Shown here in pieces: positions 49,750 to 60,529 of a stretch of 64,000 bases of DNA (positions are counted from its first letter, which is position 1; every line of letters begins with the position of its first letter). This DNA comes from Candidatus Latescibacterota bacterium. GTDB lineage: Bacteria; Latescibacterota; UBA2968; UBA8231. The stretch lies in NCBI GenBank assembly GCA_963422735.1, contig OY730476.1, forward strand, positions 3,872,001 through 3,936,000. The letters are read 5' to 3'. The translations under genes and the position numbers were made by a program. The notes beneath the pieces are model-generated. The model saw nothing but the letters and a program-made list of their open reading frames with translations, made no database searches and was not told where the DNA came from.

Positions 49750-52014
49750 TTAGTAGGCCACGGAAACGACCTGGCTGACCCGCTCAGTGCGTGCGTCTCC
49801 CCTGACCTCGACGCGCAAGACATAGTTCCCTGGTGCTACCAGACCGCCGGCGTGGTCGCGTCCGTCCCATTCTATGGCCACTCGTCCGGCCACCTGTTCC
49901 TCTTCGCTTAAAAGATGCACCCGCCGCCCGGTCAGGTCGAAAACGGCCACTCGCACTGTGCGCGGGTCCAGTACTTTGAGCAGATTGAATTCGAGTGCGA
50001 GCCGGTCGCCAATGCCGTCGCCATTGGGAGTTAGGACCTCGGTCGAGATTGTCAGGTCTCCGAGCAGATCCGGGTCCGCGGGCAGGGCTACGGACACGGT
50101 CTCGCTCGCCACGGCCTCGCTGGCATTCCCCGCGTCAACCTGCTGCACCTCGCCCTCCAGATTGCTGTTGAAGAGCAAAGCGTCAAAACGAGTCTGGTTG
50201 AGGTAGAGCGTACTCTCGAAATCAATCTCCAAAAGCCCCGAGCGTCGCACGACGCGATCGAGGACGAGCAGGGTCCCATCTTCCCGCTCCTCGACTTGGA
50301 CTGTGGCCTCTGCCCCATTGATGCGCAAGATTCTGAAGCGCACGGCGGCCGACGAACTCAGCAGGATTTGGTCGAATCCTCGGTTGGCCGCCGTCGCGGT
50401 TGAGCGGAGGAAATAGGTGAAATTTTGGGGCGTACCTGGCTCGACCTCGGCCGGGTAGATTTCCGCCTGCGTCTGTTGCGCTAGCGGCGGGTGGAAGTGC
50501 AAGACCAGCGTTTCCAGTGCTGGGGCACTAAACGGGTTTTCGCTCAAAAGCCGCACTTCGATTTGGGCGAACTGCCGCGGTCCCGGCGACAAAAAACCCT
50601 GACCGGGAACCTCGTAAACCGGACTCCAATTACTCCAATCTGAACCCACCGTGCGCACTGTGTCGATCAGTCCGCGAAATGAAGGAATGAGCTTGTTGTA
50701 TTTCCTTTCGGAGACTCCTTTGCCGTTCTTGTCGTAAAAAAAGTACTCTTCGGCGAGCAAATTGCCGGTGCGGCTGCGAATTTTTAGGCGAGTATCGGGC
50801 GGCACTTGGGCTTGCCAGTCGAGTGCTGAGACTGTCTTTTCCCCGCCCAAGTCGAAAATCGGCGAAAGTGCCGTCAAGGCGGCGGGAAACCCTTCGCCAA
50901 AGACTTGGAACTCCGCGGTCGTGCCCGAGAGCGCGCCAGAGGTCATGCCAAAGAGAAGCTGGATATAGCGCAGCTTAGTCGGGGAGAAGCGCTCCTCAAA
51001 GTGGACGATGTCGCGCTGGTTGCGCGGCGATTCGGGTAGTTCCCCCAGCGAGACCCAGCGCAGCGAACCATCTGGTGCCAGCGAGCCGTCCGACCCCGAC
51101 ATCTTGTACCACAGGTAGTTGATGGACCCAAAGCGGGTGCGGGCTTTCTCGCCGGTCGTCGGCAGTCCGGTGAAATCCCCCAACAACCGCACTCGATCGA
51201 CCCAAAAAAGTACGCCCAAGTCGAGGATGAAACGTCCCACCGGCTTCACCCCGCGCCCCTCCTTGCGACCCCAGTACGAGGTGATATCTCCGTCAATTAG
51301 GTTGCGGCTAATCAAGGGATTCTCGTAGCGCTCGTCCCGGCCCGAGCCGACTAGGCTATGCACCGCAATCTGACCACCGCGCTCTTGCGTCCCTAGGGAC
51401 AGATTGTCGCCCACGCTCTCTACCGATAGTTCGCTGAGCTGAGCACCAAGAGTCTTCCTATCGGCTTGGATGCGAATGTGCTTCAGGGGCTTGAGGCCAA
51501 AGTCGATCTCGATGACCCGATCTTGGTTAAAGCTGTACAGACGGCGGTCGTTGTAGCGCAGAGTCCCCTCAATGGCCACGCCAGCGTTGGTGAAGAAAGG
51601 CTCGCCGTCGGAGGTGAAAACCTTGAAGAATTCGAGTGGCTCGCCGCCTTCGGCAAAATGCAGGCGTATTGTGCGCGCTGAGACCACCCGGCCTAGATCG
51701 ACCTCTATCCACCAATCCTCCAGCGGCGCCTCGGCCGCGGGCGTCCAAGCCGTCTCCACATCTCCGTCGATTAGCCGGGCCGCACGATCCAGAGCCGTGC
51801 CCGCGTCGCGGATGCCGCCGCCAAAGGCCGCAGCGTTCTGCACCGCGTCGATATCTTGGCGCACGAACGCGGGCTTGAGTACGCTGTCGGCGATATCGGC
51901 TGCATCGCCGGGCAGGGTCCACCCGCTCCAGCCGCCCGGACCGCCAAGGCGCAGTTCCTCGGCTCCGAGGGCTTGGACGACGAGCAGGGCCGCACCCAGT
52001 ATCGACAAGTACAT
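49750..52014 (-). CDS. Large secreted protein with a FlgD Ig-like C-terminal domain, paralog of 860..3244
   Basis: APLEDWWIEVDLGR, DLGVLFWVDR, RSRTGN, DWSNWS, FLSPGPR, LTPNGDGIGD, ends SVAY*. Confidence 0.88.
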   Translation of the reverse strand: MYLSILGAALLVVQALGAEELRLGGPGGWSGWTLPGDAADIADSVLKPAFVRQDIDAVQNAAAFGGGIRDAGTALDRAARLIDGDVETAWTPAAEAPLEDWWIEVDLGRVVSARTIRLHFAEGGEPLEFFKVFTSDGEPFFTNAGVAIEGTLRYNDRRLYSFNQDRVIEIDFGLKPLKHIRIQADRKTLGAQLSELSVESVGDNLSLGTQERGGQIAVHSLVGSGRDERYENPLISRNLIDGDITSYWGRKEGRGVKPVGRFILDLGVLFWVDRVRLLGDFTGLPTTGEKARTRFGSINYLWYKMSGSDGSLAPDGSLRWVSLGELPESPRNQRDIVHFEERFSPTKLRYIQLLFGMTSGALSGTTAEFQVFGEGFPAALTALSPIFDLGGEKTVSALDWQAQVPPDTRLKIRSRTGNLLAEEYFFYDKNGKGVSERKYNKLIPSFRGLIDTVRTVGSDWSNWSPVYEVPGQGFLSPGPRQFAQIEVRLLSENPFSAPALETLVLHFHPPLAQQTQAEIYPAEVEPGTPQNFTYFLRSTATAANRGFDQILLSSSAAVRFRILRINGAEATVQVEEREDGTLLVLDRVVRRSGLLEIDFESTLYLNQTRFDALLFNSNLEGEVQQVDAGNASEAVASETVSVALPADPDLLGDLTISTEVLTPNGDGIGDRLALEFNLLKVLDPRTVRVAVFDLTGRRVHLLSEEEQVAGRVAIEWDGRDHAGGLVAPGNYVLRVEVRGDARTERVSQVVSVAY

Positions 52015-52029
52015 TTGGATTTTTCCGCT

Positions 52030-52113
52030 AAATGACGCCTGAGAGATCTTTCAATCCGTTTACGGCCTTAATCCAATGGACTCCTGCTTGTCCTGCCTTT
52101 AGGCGTGACATTC
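52030..52113. repeat. Degenerate copy of the TGTCACGCCTAAA...TTTAGGCGTGACA element
   Basis: ctttaggcgtgacat at 52097 with a partial left arm aatgacgcctga near 52031. Confidence 0.55.
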
Positions 52114-52179
52114 AGTTCAGTAAAGAAAAACAAAAATGGTAGCTAATGTTTTTGAAAAACCACTGAGCTTGCAGCCGAT

Positions 52180-53157
52180 TTAACTCGCGTACACGGCCTC
52201 GCGTAGCCCTTTGATATAGCCGATGGCGAACAGGCGCCCGATCGACGAATAGCCCGGGCTGTCGTTTCGGTCGCCCTCCATCGTCGGCACGTGGTCGGGG
52301 CGCAGGACGCCTTCAAAGCCAATGTCGCGGTAGGCTTCCATGCAGGCGCGCATGTCGGTCTTGCCTTCGTCGTGGAAGGTCTCGACGAATTTTTCGGGCG
52401 TGCCGCGCACATCGCGAAAGTGGACGAAAAAGATGCGGTCGCCAAAGTGGCGGATGACGCTAGGCAAGTCGTCGGTCATCAGGGTGAAGTTGCCTTGGCA
52501 CAGGCAGATGCCATTGGCGGGGCTGGGTACTAGGTCGATGAGCTTCTGGTAATTTTCGATGCTGCGCATGATGCGCCCCATACCGCGGAGGGGCGACAGC
52601 GGCGGGTCGTCCGGGTGCATGGCGAGTTTGACGCCAGCTTCCTCGGCGACTGGCACGACCTTTTCGAGAAAGTACTTCAGGTTGTCCCAAAGCTGCTCTT
52701 CGGTGACGACGCCGGCGTCGGTCAGGGGCGCGTTTTTCATCAGCTCGTTGTCAAAGCCGGTGACCATAGCACCGCCGCGCCCAGGCGCGGCCATTGAGGT
52801 GCGGGTCCAGTTGAGCACAGGCATCCACTCGGGACACCAGACCGGAATACCGATTTTGCCCATGTTGCGAATCAGCTCGCAGGCGTATTCGATCTCTTCG
52901 TCTCGGTCGGAAAGGCCGAGCTTGGCTTTGTTGAGCGGCGGACGGGCCTCGATGACATCGAGGGAGAAGCCGCCGTCGTTAAACGCGGTCTTCATCCGCA
53001 CGAGGTTGGTATAGCTCCAAGGCCGTTGCTCGGGGTGGATGTCGGCGGGGTCGCCGGGTGTGGAGAAACCGCCGACCACGTGATCAACTCCGCATTGCTT
53101 GACCATCCTCCACAGCGGCGTGGGGTGATCGGGCAGGACTTCGGCAATTTTGATCAT
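52180..53157 (-). CDS. uxuA: Mannonate dehydratase family protein (second paralog)
   Basis: VPVAEEAGVKLAMHPDDPP, HFRDVRG, ETFHDEG, RPDHVP. Confidence 0.88.
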   Translation of the reverse strand: MIKIAEVLPDHPTPLWRMVKQCGVDHVVGGFSTPGDPADIHPEQRPWSYTNLVRMKTAFNDGGFSLDVIEARPPLNKAKLGLSDRDEEIEYACELIRNMGKIGIPVWCPEWMPVLNWTRTSMAAPGRGGAMVTGFDNELMKNAPLTDAGVVTEEQLWDNLKYFLEKVVPVAEEAGVKLAMHPDDPPLSPLRGMGRIMRSIENYQKLIDLVPSPANGICLCQGNFTLMTDDLPSVIRHFGDRIFFVHFRDVRGTPEKFVETFHDEGKTDMRACMEAYRDIGFEGVLRPDHVPTMEGDRNDSPGYSSIGRLFAIGYIKGLREAVYAS

Positions 53158-53249
53158 GTCGTTCCTTTTTTTGGTGAAGTGAAAGTTGGGGCTTAGGAAA
53201 AAGAAATATCTGCTGTTGGGCGAGGTGAGGTCAATATAGTTCAGCGGGT

Positions 53250-53747
53250 TCAGCGAATAAAAGGGTAAACTAGGCCGGTCAGCGCGTCCTCGATGCGGAT
53301 GCGGTGCGAGAGCAAGGTCCGTGCGGGCAGGGCATCGGCGGCAAAATAGCCGATGTCCGTGCTTTCTGAGGAGAGCCGCAATGCGCCGGCAATAGGGTCG
53401 CAGATAAAGATGTGGGTGACGTAGTGGACGATGGTGCCGTTGGGATAGCGCATAAACGGGTAGCTTTCCGGCCCGGAGTAAACTCCAATCAGCCGCTCGA
53501 CGAGCACCTCTAAGCCCGTTTCCTCATGGACTTCGCGCACCACGCTCTGTTCGACAGACTCGCCGAGTTCGACTTGGCCGCCGGGCAGGCCCCAAAAGCC
53601 GTTGTCTGCGCGCTGTTGCAGCAGGATTTTGCCGGTCTTGTCGCGGATAAAGCCATTAGTCGCCACGCCGAACCGGTCGGGCATTTTCGTCAGCGGCGCG
53701 CCCGTGTTGTCGCGCCATTGGGTATAGTCGAATTCCTCTGTGTGCAT
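53250..53747 (-). CDS. NUDIX hydrolase
   Basis: WGLPGGQVELGESVEQSVVREVHEETGL. Confidence 0.92.
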   Translation of the reverse strand: MHTEEFDYTQWRDNTGAPLTKMPDRFGVATNGFIRDKTGKILLQQRADNGFWGLPGGQVELGESVEQSVVREVHEETGLEVLVERLIGVYSGPESYPFMRYPNGTIVHYVTHIFICDPIAGALRLSSESTDIGYFAADALPARTLLSHRIRIEDALTGLVYPFIR

Positions 53748-53828
53748 CGCCGATATACTCACGTTAGGAAAGCGGGCCGTAGGCCGCAATCGCTGCGCTG
53801 TGGAACAAGGTGCGGTACTCATCGCCAG

Positions 53829-53901
53829 TACTGACGTTACGCAACCTTAAGCCCGCTTGCGATCCATGTTTGGGTAGGTTCGTCCCTCCCGGCATCAGTT
53901 A
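53829..53901. repeat. Short degenerate copy of the ACTGACGTTACGCA...GCATCAGTTA element
   Basis: Left end at 53830 and right end gcatcagtta at 53892. Confidence 0.6.
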
Positions 53902-54127
53902 AGTCCGCCGCGATGACCACATCCTGCTTCTATCCCCAAAATTCCGCCGACGAAAATCATCATAAGTCGTTAAAAAATAATAGATTAATTCCTTGCGTCG
54001 GTTGTAGGTTGAGCAATGTCAAAACCAGACTCCGGCATTCGCGCTCTCCACGCTCGGAAGGCCATGTCCACGACCGCGATACGGATATTCTGCTGCCGCG
54101 GCTCAGAGTGATCTAACGCTAGTGCGG

Positions 54128-55924
54128 CTATCCCTGTACCGGCTGCAAATTGAGCAACACCAACAGCCACACCCGGTGCCAATACGCGCTGTTGATGTAA
54201 GGGCTATATTCCGAGGGCCAGTTGCGCCAGTAAGTTTGGTTGTGGGGAATGCGGTGATACCACTGCAAGATCGGGATCGACGGCAGTTCGGCGAGCCAGA
54301 TTTGCATGGCTTGGCGGTACAATTGCACTAGCTGCGGATCGCGCGGCGCGATTTCTGCCATTTGATCGACGATCTGGTCGAATTCCTCGTTCTGCCAGCG
54401 CCAGAAATGCTCGGCGGGTGTACCGGTTGGCTGCACGAAGCGGCTGTGGTAGAGCCGCAGCGTAAAGTACGGGTCGCGCACGCTGCCGCCGTGCCCAGTG
54501 ATAAAGGCGCGGGCCGTGCCGTGCGACATGCGGGTATAGGTGTCCGGGGTGTTGCGGAAGTCCGCGTCAAAACCCGCTTTCTCTAGCTGTGCCACTAGAA
54601 CCGGCGTGATGTCTTGGAAGATCGAGGAGATGTCGATGACCATCTTAAACGGCGTTCCATCCTTAGTCCAATAGCCGCCTTCGGGCCGCTTCCAGCCCAT
54701 ACTTTTCATCAACGCCGCGCTCTTGGCCAAATCAAAGACCCCGATTTCGTATTGCTCTAGCAGATCTTCGACCTCGCTGAAATAAGGTCGAAGCGCAGGA
54801 TAAGCGGGAAAGGGCAAGAGCGTCGAGGTGCCCGCTCCCTGCCAGCCGATCTCCACGAGCTGAGCGCGGTCAATGGCGTAGTTGATCGCGCGGCGCACAT
54901 CCACATCCGAGAAGGGGGCCTCTAGGTTGTTAAAGCCCAGCGAAATGGGCCAGAAATCCACATAGCCGTACGGCGGCTCCCGCCCGGTCCAAGTAGTAAC
55001 GCGGGGATTGCGGTCGAGTACGGTTAGGATGTTGGGTGGCCGGAGGTCTAGGCAGGTATCCATGTGGTTGGTAATTAGGTTCTGGACGCGCTTGGCTTCC
55101 TCCATGTAAGGCAGGTAGATGATGCGCTCGACTTTGGGCAGGGATTGGAAGCCGATGGCGGCGGCCCACCAATCCGGGCGCAAGTCCCAGATGCGCTGCT
55201 GGGGGGTTGATAGCGCCAGCTTGTAAGGCCCGGAAAACACGGGCCATCCTTTTTGCGGATCGAAGTGTTCAAAGGTGTCTGGCGACTGCCCTTCCCACAC
55301 GTGCTTGGGCACAATCGGCACCCCATTGCCGAAGTTGTGGGCGAAATACGAAAAGACAAAGCGCGGATTGGGCGCGGTCAGCGCGATGCGCGCCGTCAGG
55401 CTATCAACGGCCACGGCCTCTTGGACCCAGTTTTTCATGTCGGTCGAATAGGATAACAGAGGCGCGTTGTCCTTGAGCATGTTGATCGTAAAAACCAAGT
55501 CGTGAGCCGTCCACGGCTGCCCGTCGCTCCACTTGACTCTTGGGCGAATGGCGATCTCCACCTCGGTATAGGCGTCGTTGAAGCGGTGCCCCGTGGCAAT
55601 CCAGGGAATCAGCTTGCCCTCGAAGGCATTGTAAAAGTACAGCGGCTCGAAAACGAAGTTGTACCCAGTGCGCGAGGTGGTTTCCGGCAGATAGGGGTTG
55701 AACGAATTGTAGTCTTGGATCTGCCCGGCGCATGTGCCGCTTTCGGCGCAATCCACGATCAAGGTCCGGTTCCGTGGGACCTCTATAAGCGCCGAGCCGT
55801 CCGCTTGGCGTTCCTCGGCGTCTGCGCGCTGGCCGGCCGCTTCCGATGGCTCTTGGTCGGAGGGGCTATCGCCGCAGCCGCTGAGCAGCCACGCGCTGAG
55901 CAATGTGCAAACGCTGCGTTTCAT
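54128..55924 (-). CDS. ABC transporter family-5 substrate-binding lipoprotein
   Basis: Lipobox LLSGC, VKWSDGQPWTAHD, VRRAINYAIDR. Confidence 0.9.
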   Translation of the reverse strand: MKRSVCTLLSAWLLSGCGDSPSDQEPSEAAGQRADAEERQADGSALIEVPRNRTLIVDCAESGTCAGQIQDYNSFNPYLPETTSRTGYNFVFEPLYFYNAFEGKLIPWIATGHRFNDAYTEVEIAIRPRVKWSDGQPWTAHDLVFTINMLKDNAPLLSYSTDMKNWVQEAVAVDSLTARIALTAPNPRFVFSYFAHNFGNGVPIVPKHVWEGQSPDTFEHFDPQKGWPVFSGPYKLALSTPQQRIWDLRPDWWAAAIGFQSLPKVERIIYLPYMEEAKRVQNLITNHMDTCLDLRPPNILTVLDRNPRVTTWTGREPPYGYVDFWPISLGFNNLEAPFSDVDVRRAINYAIDRAQLVEIGWQGAGTSTLLPFPAYPALRPYFSEVEDLLEQYEIGVFDLAKSAALMKSMGWKRPEGGYWTKDGTPFKMVIDISSIFQDITPVLVAQLEKAGFDADFRNTPDTYTRMSHGTARAFITGHGGSVRDPYFTLRLYHSRFVQPTGTPAEHFWRWQNEEFDQIVDQMAEIAPRDPQLVQLYRQAMQIWLAELPSIPILQWYHRIPHNQTYWRNWPSEYSPYINSAYWHRVWLLVLLNLQPVQG

Positions 55925-55993
55925 ATTAGACCTCGCATCGGTTTAGGGGGGACACACCAGCCGCGCCAATTAAGCGCGAGCAAACCGTCTCAT

Positions 55994-57721
55994 TTAACCT
56001 CGCGTTGGTTGCAGGTTCAACAACACCAAAAGCCACGTTCGGTGCCAGTAAGCTGTGTTGATATACGGATTGTCCGCCGATGGCCAGTTGCGCCAGTAGG
56101 TTTGGTTGTGTGGCAAGCGGTGGTAAAATTGCAGCAAGGGTACGGCTGGCAACTCGCGCAGCCAAATCGCCAACGCCTCTCTGAACAGGCCCACCAAGCG
56201 CGGGTCGTCGGGTGAGGTTTGTCCCATCTGATCGACGAGTGCGTCATAGTCGGGGTTTTCCCAGCGCCAGAAGGTCGGCGTCGCCGTGCCCGTCGGTTGG
56301 GCAAAGCGACTGTGGTAGAGCCGCAGCGTAAAATATGGGTCGCGCACCGAGCCACCGTTACCAAATAGATAGGTCTTGGCCGCGCCCGTGGTCATCCGCG
56401 TGTAGTTGTCCGAGGTCATCCGCATGTTGGCTGCAAAGCCGGCCCGCTGCAACTGCTCGACTAGGATCGGCGCGATGTCTTGGAAGGTCTGGCTGATGTC
56501 GAGCAACATCCTAGCCTGTGCTCCATCCCGCGTCCAGATGCCCTCGGCGTCCCGCTGCCACCCCGAATCCTGCATCAGGGCCGCGCTGCGGGCCGGATCG
56601 AACAGCCCCACCGGATACTGCGCCAGCAGGCCTTGGACTTGGGCCGTGTAACGCCTGAGCCGCGGGAAGTCGGGAAATGGCAACGGGGTTGGTCGTCCCG
56701 CCCCCTGCCAGCCAACCTCCACCAGCTGATCGCGGTTGATGGCGTGGTTTACGGCCCAGCGGAAGGCCGGCTCGTCGTAGGGCGGCTCTTGGGCATTGAA
56801 ACCCAGCGAAATGGGCCACCAGTCCAGATAGCCATAGGGCGGCTCTTGGCCACTCCAAGTTGTCACCTTGGGATTTTGGTCTAGAATCGTGCGGATGTTG
56901 GGCGGTAGCATGTCGGCGCACAGGTCCATGGCATTGGTGGCAAGGTTCTGGACCTGTTTGGCCTCCTCCATATAGGGTAAGTAAATCAGCCGCTCGACTT
57001 GCGGCGGCTGACGGAAGCCGATCTTGGCGCCCCACCAGCCTTCGCGCCGGTCCCATATCCGCTGTTCCGGCACGGAGTACACCAAGCGGTACGGCCCGCT
57101 TACTACGGGCCAGCCCTGCGCCAGATCGAAGTTGGCGAAGGTCTTTGGGTCTTGGCCCTCCCAGATGTGCCGAGGCACAATCGGTACGCCATTGTCGAAG
57201 TTGTGGGTGAAATACGTGAAGACGAAGCGCGGATTGGGAGCTGTCAACGCAATGTGCGCCGTCAGGCTGTCGCTGACTACGGCCTTTTTTACCCAAGTCT
57301 GCATATCGACCGCAAAAGTCAGTTCCGGCGCGTTGTCCTTGAGCATGTTGATCGTAAAAACCACGTCGTGCGCCGTCCACGGCTGCCCATCGCTCCACTC
57401 GACCCCGGGCCGAATCGCGATGGTGACCTCAGTATAATCTGCGTTGTACTCGTACCCAGTGGCGATCCAAGGAATGATCTCGTCGCGATAGGCGTTGTAA
57501 AAATAGAGCGGCTCGTAGAGGAAGTTATACCCCGTGCGCGAGACCTTGCCGGGCAGGTAGGGGTTAAAGGCGTCGTAGTCTTGGAACTGGCCGCTGCACG
57601 TGCCTTGATCGACGCAGTCGGTGATTAAGGTGCGCTCGCGCGGCACGTATTGCAGGTGACCCTCGTCGCTACAAGCGGCGCAGACCAAAGCTAGGATCAG
57701 CGAGAAAGCGGGGTGCGTCAA
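55994..57721 (-). CDS. ABC transporter family-5 substrate-binding lipoprotein (tandem paralog)
   Basis: TTG after aggag, CAAC lipobox, long shared blocks with the neighbour (WSDGQPWTAHD, GGSVRDPYFTLRLYHSRF). Confidence 0.9.
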   Translation of the reverse strand: MTHPAFSLILALVCAACSDEGHLQYVPRERTLITDCVDQGTCSGQFQDYDAFNPYLPGKVSRTGYNFLYEPLYFYNAYRDEIIPWIATGYEYNADYTEVTIAIRPGVEWSDGQPWTAHDVVFTINMLKDNAPELTFAVDMQTWVKKAVVSDSLTAHIALTAPNPRFVFTYFTHNFDNGVPIVPRHIWEGQDPKTFANFDLAQGWPVVSGPYRLVYSVPEQRIWDRREGWWGAKIGFRQPPQVERLIYLPYMEEAKQVQNLATNAMDLCADMLPPNIRTILDQNPKVTTWSGQEPPYGYLDWWPISLGFNAQEPPYDEPAFRWAVNHAINRDQLVEVGWQGAGRPTPLPFPDFPRLRRYTAQVQGLLAQYPVGLFDPARSAALMQDSGWQRDAEGIWTRDGAQARMLLDISQTFQDIAPILVEQLQRAGFAANMRMTSDNYTRMTTGAAKTYLFGNGGSVRDPYFTLRLYHSRFAQPTGTATPTFWRWENPDYDALVDQMGQTSPDDPRLVGLFREALAIWLRELPAVPLLQFYHRLPHNQTYWRNWPSADNPYINTAYWHRTWLLVLLNLQPTRG

Positions 57722-57786
57722 GAGCTTCTCCTTTTTGCGGTGGCTGCCAAAACGTATCAACGCACATTGGGATGGTCAACGCCCGG

Positions 57787-58905
57787 TCAGCCACCCAAGA
57801 CAGCCGCATCCACACGGCCACCTTCTGGCGCGTGGTACGACACCTGCACTGACTCCGAACCCCTCGGACTCGCCGCAGCCTGCGCGACCGACCCCGCACC
57901 CGCTGGGTTGGTCGCCCGCACCTCGAATGTGTACTTCACGCCGTTTTCCAGTCCTTCTACTGTCTGATCCCGCGCTGACGCATCCCCCGCCACGGGTATC
58001 CACGACGACCAGTCTCCCCAAATCGGACGCCAGCGCGCTTCATACCGCGCAATCACTGGTCCCTCCGTCGCGGCTGCCGACCACGTAAGCGCCACCCACC
58101 CGTCTCCAGCCACCGCCTGCAACTTCGCCAGAGCCTACGGCCATCTTCGTTGGAATCATTGTCATGGGCTCTGATCTTATCCACCCAGAGATTACCCGCG
58201 CCGGTCCAATCAATCTGATACCGCACCGATTCGCCACCTGCTGGAACAGAATAACGAATCGCAAACTCCTGATACGTATCAACTGCATCAAACTGCGATT
58301 TCAACACATCCTGAGTACCCAATACGGTACCATCAGAATGTCTGAGGATTCTCAGGATAGCAATTCGGTCTGTGCCGCTAATGTCGTCCGTCTTCATCCA
58401 GAAGATGTGTAACCCATAGTGAGCGTCGGGGTAGGCATAGCGCAGCCGAATGCCAGATCCTGGGGTACTAGGCGTGTCCAGCAGCAGGCCGGAGGTATGC
58501 CGTGCTGTATTCGCATGCCAGCCGTCTCCTTCCCGCTCGCCGATGGGATGGGTGAAAAGGCTCGAGTCCTCCGCTTCCAGCGTCTTGGCCCAATAGGTCT
58601 TACTCGAGTCCCGCCACCTTAGCGGAACGTTCCAACTATACAGTTGAACCTTGAGACCTCGTTGGTGGGCTAGTGTCATGAACCTTTGATTGACAGCGGC
58701 GGCATTCCTTTGCTCCAAAGCGGCATGGGTGGTGTTGAAGTGGGCTTCGACCACCTGATCGAGCCGAGTTGCGAACTGCGCCGGTTGATGATTGAACAGC
58801 CGCTCGAAATCGCGCAGCCTGTAGCTGGAAATAGAGTGCATCACTGAGCCTCCAGGACAACGACGAGGTGCTCGTGGGGGTCAACAGGTCTTCATACTCC
58901 ACCGT
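57787..58905 (-). pseudogene. Fragmented fibronectin type III-containing surface protein
   Basis: FN3 motif AGDG.V.LTW...GLENGVKYTFEVRA.N..G.G in a frame shifted from the upstream ORF 58053..58844. Truncated. Confidence 0.7.
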
Positions 58906-58977
58906 GCGTCCTCCTAAGACCGCCCGGCGGAGGAATGTGAGGTTTTTGAATATTCTCTCATGCCCCCAGCTCAGCCC

Positions 58978-59634
58978 TCAACCACATCCGTTGCAACCGT
59001 AGCTCTTGACAAACGCACAGTTCTGACCTACTGGCTCAGTATGAAAGTAGAACGAATAAAAACCCACAGGGTCGGAAAACACTCTCGTCGTAACCAAGGT
59101 GTCTCCGCCGTAGGTCAAGGTGAAGAGGCTTTTGAGGTCGGAGCCGTCTGGATAATCGAGGTGATCAAGTCCGCTGGTCAAGACGGTGTAGCCGGCGTCG
59201 TCAGCCCCGTCGAAGCGAAACATAGACCGCTCGCCATCGGCGGTGCGCTCCATCAGGTGCGTCCCCTCCCAGCGTAGCTTCTTGCCGGCGATGAAATGCG
59301 GCGGGGCCGGCGGCCAGTTGGCCGGCATGTCGCTGATCACGTAATACGTCTTGCCGTCGATGACCTCCGTGCGCAATACCTCTATGGTGAAGAGGGGGAA
59401 ATTGGAAGATTTATCGAGGGGTGCCTCTAGAAAGTACACGGGATATAGGGAGATAAGTCTGTCCTCAAAACCAAAAGGACCCTGGTTATCGTAAGAATGG
59501 CGGTAGGTCCACGAGTTGCCCACGGCCAATGGCAGGTAATCGGCCACCTCGTCGTCGGTGGCGGCGGCTGGCTGCACTCCGCTCAGGCTGAGCAGCACCG
59601 CTAAGATCAAGCAAGTCCTCTTTTTCGCTTCCAT
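58978..59634 (-). CDS. Secreted hypothetical protein (possibly truncated)
   Basis: RBS aaggag, signal peptide, DYLPLAVGNSWTY motif. Confidence 0.7.
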   Translation of the reverse strand: MEAKKRTCLILAVLLSLSGVQPAAATDDEVADYLPLAVGNSWTYRHSYDNQGPFGFEDRLISLYPVYFLEAPLDKSSNFPLFTIEVLRTEVIDGKTYYVISDMPANWPPAPPHFIAGKKLRWEGTHLMERTADGERSMFRFDGADDAGYTVLTSGLDHLDYPDGSDLKSLFTLTYGGDTLVTTRVFSDPVGFYSFYFHTEPVGQNCAFVKSYGCNGCG

Positions 59635-59778
59635 GATAGGTCTCCTTGGTGAGCGATGAGAAATCCGTTCCAGCGGCGAGGAGCCGACCCGAGACGGAAT
59701 GGGAAGGGTACTCAACGACAATACCCCTATGTCGTGCGGCCTCCTTTTCCGCACCGGCTTCGACTTCAACGATAGATA

Positions 59779-59795
59779 AGCATCTTCCGTGCCAA
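59779..59795 (-). promoter_or_regulatory. Sigma-54 (-24/-12) promoter
   Basis: TTGGCACGGAAGATGCT = GG-N10-GC. Confidence 0.65.
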
Positions 59796-59864
59796 CGAGT
59801 AGGCTACGCACCAAAAAAGTCTTCCCAAGTACCCTAAAGAATTGAAAAACAGGAATTTAAAAAG

Positions 59865-59883
59865 GTAGGAGGAATTCTCCTAC
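59865..59883. promoter_or_regulatory. Palindromic candidate enhancer (UAS)
   Basis: GTAGGAG-N5-CTCCTAC about 70-90 bp upstream of the -24 box, with an AT-rich spacer. Confidence 0.45.
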
Positions 59884-59991
59884 GCTTCGTTGAGCCGCCG
59901 TCGTTGCTCGGTATATGAACCACCTTTTGCTCCTATCAAACCACCTTCTGTTCCCTTGCACCACGTTTTGTGCATCAGGATCCTGTTGCCT

Positions 59992-60520
59992 CTACGCGGG
60001 CTTGGGTCGTTGTATCCCATACTTGCGCATCCGATAGCGCAGCGTCTGATGACTCATACCCAACAACCGAGCCGCTCCCCGATCCCCTGAGACAATCCAA
60101 TTCTTCCTCTGCAGTGCCGCGATAATGCGCTGCTGCTCATCCTGACCCTCCGTACGCTCTTGGCCCTCAGCCTCCGGGGCAACCGCAGACGCCGAAGACG
60201 ACAAAGCCTGCCCCATGTCTTCTGCCGCCAATACCTCTGCTAGTTCAAGGCGCTCCCCTTCGCATAGGATCACCATCCTTTCCATCCAATGGGCTAACTC
60301 CCGCACATTCCCCGGCCAAGTAGAACCCTGCAAATGCGCCAGCACCTCGTCGCTCAACCTCGGCACCGGTCGCTGGAATTTGTGGGCATACTGACGCACA
60401 AAATGCGTCGCTAACAGAGGGATGTCCTCCGGCCGATCCCGCAGCGGCGGCAACACCACCGGAAACATACTCAAGCGATAGTACAGATCCGCCCGGAACG
60501 TCCCCTCCTGCACCGCCTTT
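59992..60520 (-). pseudogene. 5'-truncated sigma-54-dependent activator (end of AAA+ domain plus Fis HTH)
   Basis: FRADLYYRL, LPPLRDR, WPGNVREL, GAARLLG. Walker A and GAFTGA regions absent. Confidence 0.85.
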
Positions 60521-60529
60521 GGCAGATTC

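Noticed and set aside
53961-53987. Imperfect AT-rich palindrome cataagtcgttaaaaaataatagatta as a recombination site
   Set aside because: Too degenerate, single copy, and no integrase or tRNA nearby.
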